Shown: piece after piece, positions 55,788-64,000 of the stretch | Position numbering within the stretch: the first letter of the stretch is position 1 | How the letters are laid out: the number at the start of each line of letters is the position of its first letter | Made by a program: the position numbers and the translations under genes | The notes under the pieces: model-generated | The model's input: the letters and a program-made list of their open reading frames with translations, nothing else | What the model was told of the DNA's origin: nothing | Database searches by the model: none | Assembly: GCF_018350175.1 (NCBI RefSeq) | Contig: NC_058368.1 | Coordinates: 156,800,001 to 156,864,000, forward strand | DNA: 64,000 nucleotides | From: Felis catus | Lineage: Eukaryota | Direction: 5' to 3'

Positions 55788-56699
55788 TAGAAGGTGACAT
55801 GTACTCAAGGACTGTAGAAAGCCGTGGAAGACTAGAGCTCTAAAAGAAAAAGTGTACGGAACTTTAATCTCCCCTGACAAGGTCAGAGAAAAGCGAAACT
55901 ATATGAGGATTCACTGCTGCAGAACTTTTGAGAGACTCACAATTGGAAATGTCTAGGAGCAAAGACCCTTCACTTCAGATTTCCCCAGAAATGTTCCAGG
56001 TAAAAATTAAACATGGGGAACAAATTGTCTTAGGTAGACCCAAGTAAAATGTATTCAATGTTTAAGCTAATTTAAGTTTGTTGGTTTGAAATAGACCTGT
56101 TTATCAACATTAAATTAAAATATATATATATTCTACCTACGTTTTCTCAAGGTCAAAGAAGCTCATACTTTCTGTTCCAATTTGTTAGCAAAAGGATGAC
56201 TTTAATGGTAAACTTTGTCTCATAGTTTTCATGGGTAATTATTAAGATAGCTTTCAAAGGCTTTGGTAACCTAAAACATTAAAGTTTTGCTTGCATGACA
56301 AATTGGGGATATCTAATGACAAATCATTGGATATCTAATGAAATAGAGGCTAAAGCATTAATTGCTAGATGTAGGTTTCTGCTTTTGACTTATTGCAAAA
56401 ATTGCTAGATGTAGGTTTGTGCTTTTGTCTTATTGCAAAAAGGACTATTTGGGTCTTAAAAATGTGCTTTGTGCTTAATTAAGATTTTACCATGGAAAAC
56501 TTGCTTTGTGCTTAATTGATAAATCTAGCATTAAAAAAAAAATTTGCATTAGACGTTAAAAAAAAAGTTAAGGTTTTTTTTTTCTTTTTGGTCTGCCCAA
56601 AAGATGGAAAAAATATATATTATTTTAACCAAAAGGGCAGAACAGCAGGACAGCATGCCCTTTTCAGTTGTTCTACTCAAACCTTCGTTGAAATTGTCC

Positions 56700-57130
56700 C
56701 TCCTTATAGTCCATAAGGCCAAACAATTGTAGAATGAGTACATAACACACTTAAAAAAATGTTAAAAAAACAAAAAAGGGGGAATTGCCTCTAGCTGCCT
56801 ATATTATAACCTCATGTTCTCCTCAATCACACTGTGATCACTCTTAACTTTTTAAATCTTGACCCTCAAGGGCTAACTGCAGCTGAGTGGCATTCTTGAA
56901 AATTAGATAAACCCTCTCATCCCGTGGTGCTATACAAAACCCCTGAAGGGAGACCCACCTGGGTTGGACCCACTAAACTCCTCACCTGGGGTAAAGTATA
57001 TGTTTGTGCTCTTTCAGATTCTGGACCTCTGTAGATTCCCTTTTGGTTGGTGAAACCGTATCATGACATAGTTTAGACCCCCAGAATATCTTCCAATCAA
57101 CCAGGACTTCCAGAGAATGACTCTGAATGA
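56700..57130 (+). pseudogene. pol: Retroviral integrase C-terminal half (betaretrovirus-like), multiple stops
   Basis: One frame reads PYSP*GQTIVE*VHNTLKKMLKKQKRG...PHVLLNHTVITLNFLN..GLTAAEWH...WVGPTKLLTWGKVYVCA...L*IP. This matches the class II IN motifs PYNPQGQ.IVER, TLNFLN, TAAE.H and W.GP..LL.WGRGY.CV. Confidence 0.92.
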
Positions 57131-57636
57131 GTGACCACTGCCCCCTTCTTTCGAGATAGAGGAAGCCTCTTCATTGACTCCTCATCCCGAAGCCACTCCA
57201 CAAACTCAAATCCTTGCCCCTGATATAACATGGGGAAGCCTTAAACGCCTGTCTAACCAAACCATTACTCTCTTACAACACAATGGTATTGTATATACCC
57301 CTGATTTGCATCTGATGGCCATGATCTCCATCACTGGCAGGAATTCCATGCAGATAACCCTGATTTTTCTCCTTACTTTCCTTTGTGCTTAATATCTATG
57401 CAGCTTAATATCTATGCAGAAGACCAACTTAGAAATGAATGGGATGATTCCTGGGCAATACGGCATAACCTAAATCCTTTTTCACTTATAGCCAGTACCT
57501 ATCTCAAATTTTGGATAATTCTGGGAAACGGAATGCTTTTACTAGGTCTATTTTTATGCCTTTTCAGAATCACCCTCCAACCCATTTGACAGCAAAAGAA
57601 GGACCAGGAACTTGTCATGACAGTCCTTGCATGTAG
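57063..57636 (+). pseudogene. env: env remnant: long signal peptide joined to TM C-terminus (SU and most of TM deleted)
   Basis: ATG 57063 is in frame with ORF 57174-57392 (..DFQRMTLNE..PDITWGSLKRLSNQT..YTPDLHLMAMISI..LIFLLTFLCA). ORF 57383-57589 encodes a hydrophobic anchor (FWIILGNGMLLLGLFLCLFR), then a tail *QQKKDQELVMTVLA. Confidence 0.8.
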
Positions 57637-59319
57637 CATTGTTTTCCTCACATTCACCACGTGTGTAATATCTTGAGAGCTCAATAAATATGCAGACAAA
57701 ACCCCCGCTCAGGGCTCTTGTCTCCTCCCTGACCTGAGCTTCTCTTGTATTCAATTCTGTGTCCACTCTCTTGCTGGAGAAGGGAGAACTCCAGACTTCC
57801 AGTCTGCAATACAACTATACAAAACTATCTTACTAATCAATAGGAAAAAATTACAGTTGCCCAGGACTTAAAAATTTTCCTATCAAAACATTAAAAACTC
57901 TTCTATTGTCAGTTATAATGTACAGGGAAACGAAAAAAAAATAGTGAAACGAATTTTTTTTTTAGTATACTGTAGATTAAAACATTAGAAACACTGAGAA
58001 TTTCGAGTGCTTTATTTAGCAAGAGTAATTTGAACATTTCAAAACTCACCTCCTTTCTACTGTATGACTTACAATACAAAACAGGCATCTTTTCTATGCC
58101 TTGGTGAATCTAAGTTTGAATTAGCCTCCAACCTTTTACTCATTGTATTTTCAAAATCGTGAAACGCCTCCCAAGTTGCTTTAATATATTTTTTTTTTTT
58201 GCCAGCATCACTTTCTATGGAACACATACATGACAGCCACTTTTCTCATTTATGTTGATAAATTTGCATTCACTAAATGGCTGTGTATCTAGAGTTCCTT
58301 GAATCTAGATAGTGTTAACACTTACAGGCAGTTTTAAAATTTCAAAGTTCACTCTTTCTTCTATAACTCCATTTACATTTGATTCAAACACTGCAAAGCT
58401 ATTTGTAAAGTGAGTTAAAAGATTTTACCATACTGCATGCATGTTACTTCTTCTTACGATGCTTGAATGTTTTCAGTTACATGCATTATGTCTTATTTTT
58501 TCAAAACTCAGTTAAAAATGCATTATTTTAATTCAATACCCTGTCTGAAAGTCCACGTAACAGGTTTTAAATATTGAAATAATTCTATGTCCATTGGCTG
58601 AATTAATGAAGTTGTGTTTGAAGGTAAAAAGCAACTTTTCACATTTTATTCAAGTCCATCAGAGTTATTTGAAGCATTAATCAGAATAGCTTTAAAAATT
58701 CACCTATTATTTACATATATCACTGAGAGATAAGCAAGACGACTCTATGCTTTGCAGTCTGTGTATGAGCTGAATAACAGATGCACAGTAACCAATCACT
58801 AATACACTTTGAAAGAAGTGATATGGCTGGTCACTGATCAAGATGCACATAGGTTAATTACATCACAATTTGTGTACTGGAGAGGTAGCAGCAAAGTTCA
58901 TACTTTAATCAGTTAATATACTGAAATTTGAACAGTGTTTTTGAGAGTCCAGTGTTAACTAACCTGCAGTAACTGCACTCATGTTTACAAATATAATATT
59001 CTGGAAAAAAAATGGATACACATATAACCTCTCCTTAGACCTGGACTCTTGCTGCAAGACTATCCCATTATTCTTTCTTGCTTCTTACAACAAATCTCAT
59101 TAAAGCGGTGGTCAACATTTGCTCTCTCCCTTTTCTCACCACTTGGCCTGTCCTCATACATTCTATTTGGGTTTTAGGCCTTATTTTACTCTGCCAAAAC
59201 ATCCCCTGTTAATATTACCAAATGTGGTGTCTCTTCCAATTGGGTGGGGTCCCCCAAATGTGAGGTGACAAATGTGTGGAAACCAGTGGCACATGCAGTG
59301 AAAGAATTCCCCAGAGACC

Positions 59320-59547
59320 GGGGTGCCTGGGTGGCTCAGTTAGTTAAGCATCTGATTTTGGCTCAGGTCATGATCTCATGGTTCTTGAATTCAGGCACCG
59401 AATGGCGATGAGGTCAAGCCCCACATTACATCCATAGCTCCACACTGCCAGGGCAGAGCCTGTGTGGGATTCTCTCTCTTCCTTTCTCTCTCCCTCTCTC
59501 TCTCTGCCCCTTGTTCACTTGCACCCTCTCTAAAAAATACAAACAAA
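59320..59547 (+). mobile_element. SINEC
   Basis: Head ggggtgcctgggtggctcag. Degenerate TSD gaaagaattccccagag (~59300) / gaaaggaattcacctgag (~62698). Confidence 0.9.
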
Positions 59548-62500
59548 CAACAAAATCTAACAGCACACCTAAAGGAACTAGAAGCAGAACAGCAAAGGCA
59601 GCCTGAATCCAGCAGAAGAAGAGAAATGATAAAGATCAGAGCAGAAATAAACAATATAGAATGTAAAAAAACTGTAGAGCAGATCAACGAAACCAAGAGT
59701 TGGTTTTTTGAAAAAATAAACAAAAGTGATAAACCTCTAGCCAGGCTTCTCAAAAAGAAAAGGGAGATGACCCAAATAGATAAAATCATGACTGAAAATG
59801 GAATTATTACAACCAATCCCTCAGAGATACAAGCAATTATCAGGGAATACTCTGAAGAATTATATGCCAACAAACTGGACAACCTGGAAGAAATGGACAA
59901 ATTCCTAAACACCCACAAGCTTCCAAAACTCAAACAGGAGGAAATAGAAAGCTTGAACAGACCCATAACCAGCGAAGAAATTGAATCAGTCATCAAAAAT
60001 CTCCCAACAAATAAGAGTCCAGGACCAGATGGCTTCCCAGGGGAGTTCTACCAGACATCTAAAGCAGAGATAATACCTATCCTTCTCAAGCTATTCCAAA
60101 AAATCGAAAGGGAAGGAAAACTTCCAGACTCATTCTATGAAGCCAGTATTACTTTGATTCCTAAACCAGACAGAGACCCAGCAAAAAAAGAGAACTAGAG
60201 GCCAATATCCTGATGAATATGGATGCAAAAATTCTCAATAAGATACTAGCAAATCGAATTCAACAGCATAGAAAAAGAATAATTCACCATGATCAAGTGG
60301 GATTCATTCCTGGAATGCAGGGCTGGTTCAACATTCGCAAATCAATCAACGTGATACATCACATTAATAAAAGAAAAGATAAGAACCATATGATCCTGTC
60401 AATCGATGCAGAAAAGGCCTTTGACAAAATTCAACCTTTCTTAATAAAAACCCTTGAGAAAGTCGGGATAGAAGGAACATACTTAAAGATCATAAACGTC
60501 ATTTATGAAAAGCTAACATCATCCTCAATGGGGAAAAACTGAGAGCTTTTTTCCTGAAATCAGGAACACGACAGGGATGTCCACTCTCACCGCTGTTGTT
60601 TAACATAGTGTTGGAAGTTCTAGCATCAGCAATCAGACAACAAAAGGAAATCAAAGGCATCAAAATTGGCAAAGATGAAGTCAAGCTTTCACTTTTTGCA
60701 GATGACGTGATATTATACATGGAAAATCCGATAGACTCCACCAGAAGTCTGCTAGAACTGATACATGAATTTAGCAAAGTTACAGGATACAAAATCAATG
60801 TACATTGAAATCAGTTGCATTCTTATACACTAATAATGAAGCAACAGAAAGACAAAGAAACTGATTCCATTCACAATTGCACCCAGAAGCATAAAATACC
60901 TAGGAATAAATCTAACCAAAGATGTATAAGATCTGTATGCTGAAAACTATAGAAAGCTCATGAAGGAAATTGAAGAAGATATAAAGAAATGGAAAAACAT
61001 TCCATGCTCATGGATTGGAAGAATAAATATTGTCAAAATGTTAATACTACTCAAAGCTATCTACACATTCAATGCAATCCCCATCAAAATTGCACCAGCA
61101 TTCTTCTCGAAGCTACAACAAGCAATCCTAAAATTCATATGGAACCACAAAAGGCCCTGAATAGGCAAAGTAATTTTGAAGAAGAAGACCAAAGCAGGAG
61201 CCATCACAATCCCAGACTTTAGCCTCTACTACAAAGCTGTCATCATCAAGACAGCATGGTATTGGCACAAAAACAGACACATAGACCAATGGAATAGAAT
61301 AGAAACCCCAGAACTAGACCCACAAACGTATGGCCAACTAATCTTTGACAAAGCAGGAAAGACTATGCAATGGAAAACAGTCTCTTTAACAAATGGTGCT
61401 GGGAGAACTGGACAGCAACATGCAGAAGATTGAAACTAGACCACTTTCTCACACCATTCACAAAAATAAACTCAAAATGGATAAAAGACCTGAATGTGAG
61501 ACCCGAAACCATCAAAACCCTAGAGGAGAAAGCAGGAAAAGACCTCTCTGACCTCAGCTGCAGCAATTTCTTACTCGACACATCCCCAAAGGCAAGGGAA
61601 TTAAAAGCAAAAATGAACTACTGGGACCTCATGAAGATAAAAAGCTTCTGCACAGCAAAGGAAACAATCAACAAAACTAAAAGGCAACCAACGGAATGGG
61701 AATAGATATTTGCAAATGACATATCAGACAAAGGGCTCGTATCCAAAATCTATAAAGAGCTCACCAAACTCCACACCCAAAAAACAAATAATCCAGTGAG
61801 GAAATGGGCACAAACATGAATAGACACTTCTCTAAAGAAGACATCCGGATGGCCAACAGGCACATGAAAAGATGCTCAATGTCGCTCCTCATCAGGGAAA
61901 TACAAATCAAAACCACACTCACATATCACCTCACACCAGTCAGAGTGGCCAAAATGAACAAATCAGGAGACTATAGATGCTGGAGAGGATGTGGAGAAAC
62001 GTGTGGAGAGAATGTGGTGTGCACTGTTGGTGGGAATGCAAACTGGTGCAGCCACTCTGGAAAACAGTGTGGGAGTTCCTCAAAAAATTAAAAATAGACC
62101 TACCCTATGACCCAGCAATAGCACTGCTAGGAATTTACTCAAGGGATAGAGGAGTACTGATGCATAGGGGCACTTGTACCCCAATGTTTATAGCAGCACT
62201 ATCAATAATAGTCAAATTGTGGAAAGAGCCTAAGTGTCCATCAACTGATGAATGGATAAAGAAACTGTGGTTTATATACACAATGGAGTACTACGTGGCA
62301 ATGAGAAAGAATGAAATATGGCCCTTTGTAGCAACGTGGATGGAACTGGAGAGTGTGATGCTAAGTGAAATAAGCCATACAGAGAAAGACAGATACCATA
62401 TGGTTTCACTCTTATGTGGATCCTGAGAAACTTAACAGAAACCCATGGGGGAGGGGAAGGAAAAAAAAAAGAGGTTAGAGTGGAAGAGAGCCAAAGCATA

Positions 62501-62690
62501 AGAGACTGTTAAAAACTGAGAACAAATTGAGGGTTGAAGGGGGGGTGGGAGGGAGGGGATGGTGGGTGATGGGTATTGAGGAGGGCACCTTTTGGGATGA
62601 GCACTGGGTGTTGTATGGAAACCAATATGACAATAAATTTCATATGTTGAAAAAAGAAAAAGAAAAAGAAAAAAAATACAAATAAATAAA
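59548..62690 (+). mobile_element. Young feline L1, 5'-truncated (~3.1 kb of ORF2 RT/C-terminus + 3'UTR + polyA), inactivated
   Basis: ORF2 fragments [32 protein letters not shown] and LSLFADD (FADD at 60695-60706), with C-terminal [13 protein letters not shown]. Several stops and frameshifts. AATAAA at 62632, A tail, TSD core AAAAATACAAA. Confidence 0.97.
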
Positions 62691-63431
62691 TATTTTAGAA
62701 AGGAATTCACCTGAGGCAGAAGGAAGGAGATAGAAGTTTATTGAATACACCACAAGGGAGCAGCAGGCAGAACAGCAGAGCAGGGGCTGTGGGCGAGGAG
62801 GCAGTGGGTGGGGACTGTTTCTAAAGGGGAAAGGTGAGGAGAAGGTATAGTGATGTATGGAATTTTCCCCTTTTGGTAACTGTGCCTGGTTTTAAGCAGT
62901 CCATTGGTCAGTTAGGGCCTATGGATATTTTGAAGTGGGCCCCTGATGGGCCAGTCTGTATTCAGCCAGTGGGTCACTGTGGGCCCCTTTCTAAATTTTA
63001 TTGCTCAATCCTGTTTGCCTAGAAGAAGCCTCTACACCAAATACAGTGGTGAATTAGCCCACATTACTTAGCCTTTTGGGAACATTTTTGACAAAACTAT
63101 TAACTTCCTCTTCATGAAATACTATCAAAATTTGGTTTCTGAGCATTGTGCCTTTTTCATTTTCCCACGGTCTCACTGGTTGTTCTTTGTAATATCTTCT
63201 GTTAGGTTTTCCCTTTCTATTTCACCTATGCAGCTGGTTTTCACAAGGTACAGTCCCTAACCATCTCTTGTTCTCTAGTCACTCCCTGTATTATCCTCAT
63301 CCAGTTTGGGGCTCTAAGTAACATCTCTACATTGATGAGTCCCACAATTGTATGTATCTCTAGCTCATATCACTTCCCTGACCTCTAAATAGGTGAAGAG
63401 AGACAATTCAATTTATCATGTCTAAGAGAAC

Positions 63432-63453
63432 TTTTTTTTAAAGTTTATTTATT

Positions 63454-63494
<41 letters not shown>

Positions 63495-63645
63495 AGGGAG
63501 GGGCAGAGAAAGAGAGAGAGAGAGAGAGAATCCCAAGCAGGCTCTGTGCTGTCAGTGCAGAGCCTGACGTGGGGCTTGATGACATCATGACCTAAGGTGA
63601 GATCAAGCATCAGATGCATAACTGACTGAACCACCCAGGCGCTCC
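63432..63645 (-). mobile_element. SINEC
   Basis: Reverse-complement head, (GA)n and TSD taagag(a/g)acttt. Confidence 0.92.
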
Positions 63646-64000
63646 TAAGAGGACTTTATACCCTCCATTCCCATATGTTGTCTCCCCCATCTTTGTATAC
63701 GGTACCCTCAGTTGTCCTAGCAAAAACCTTAGGAATGATCATTAATCCCTATCTTTTCCTCATAGCCCACACCCAGTCTAATAACAAGTCTGCTCAATTC
63801 TGTCTTCAGGATGTACATATCCTGGAGCTGGCCTCTTCTCTCATCTGTTTTACTAAAACTCTGACCCAAACCATAATTTTCCCTCACCTGAACTGTTCCA
63901 AAAGCCTCCCAGCTGGTTTCCTTGCTTCCACAATAGCTGCCCCATAAACCAATTTTGATAGTTCAGCTGTCAGAATGATTGAAGAATGCACATAAAATTA

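Larger units (their letters stand above)
55067..57811 (+). mobile_element. Internally deleted betaretrovirus-like (class II / ERVK) provirus
   Basis: 5' LTR at 55067-55767 (TG...CA, contains a SINEC) and partial 3' LTR at ~57637-57811 homologous to 55597-55767. TSD CAACCA/CAACTA. PBS, IN and env remnants lie between the LTRs. Confidence 0.93.
55003..58984 (-). mobile_element. MER82-like Tigger/pogo DNA transposon derivative with a transposase remnant, split by an ERV
   Basis: TA followed by TIR-like catgcagccccttgcttggcatggt at 55001-55027. The element resumes at 57812. The minus strand at 58589-58630 reads FLPSNTTSLIQPMD (pogo DDE_1 motif). The MER82-like 5' region is at 58740-58984. Confidence 0.8.
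59223..63036 (-). mobile_element. Solo LTR (~435 bp native) carrying nested SINEC and L1
   Basis: TG at 59223 and CA at 63036, with a perfect TSD CCAAA (59218-59222 / 63037-63041). TTTATT at ~62737 gives AATAAA on the minus strand. Confidence 0.85.
59030..64000 (+). mobile_element. L2 fragment (59030-59222 and 63037-64000) interrupted by an LTR/SINE/L1 nest and a SINEC
   Basis: L2 RT-region motif catctctacattgatgagtcccacaattgtatgtatctctagc (decayed YADD-like) and downstream L2 motifs. Confidence 0.7.

Noticed and set aside
59391..59996. 201-aa hydrophobic minus-strand ORF
   Set aside because: It is the antisense frame of A-rich L1 ORF2, a common artefact.
59464..60198. 244-aa ORF, the longest in the window
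   Set aside because: It is a chance in-frame fusion of the SINEC CT-rich linker (GTG start) to truncated L1 ORF2. It ends at a premature stop and is not a host gene.
441..63645. tRNA-like A/B boxes; CRISPR-like or prokaryotic systems
   Set aside because: The tRNA-like sequences are SINEC heads, not tRNA genes. There is no regularly spaced repeat-spacer array or operon structure, and the DNA is mammalian.

Overview
This is mammalian genomic DNA, AT-rich and dominated by repeats. It is almost certainly felid: it carries about 24 carnivore tRNA-derived SINECs, including young SINEC_Fc-type copies, and a young feline-type L1. I found no supportable host protein-coding exon, RNA gene or CpG island, so the window looks intronic or intergenic. 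Nearly all ORFs in the track are chance or repeat-derived. The most notable element is a 2.7-kb, internally deleted betaretrovirus-like (class II) endogenous provirus at 55067-57811. It has a 6-bp TSD, a tRNA-Trp-type PBS (betaretroviruses normally use tRNA-Lys), a gag start and an AT-rich non-coding block in place of gag-pro-RT. It also retains a colinear integrase C-terminus, the env splice acceptor and a long Rec/Rem/Rej-type Env signal peptide joined to the TM end. The provirus sits inside a MER82-like Tigger element that still carries pogo DDE transposase sequence. Other structures are a rearranged L1 with two 3' ends, a four-layer L2>LTR>SINE>L1 nest, several templated-insertion scars and a repeat-poor, motif-rich block at about 26-31.5 kb. 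Repeat family names come from visual recall of consensus sequences, and boundaries of old repeats are approximate.
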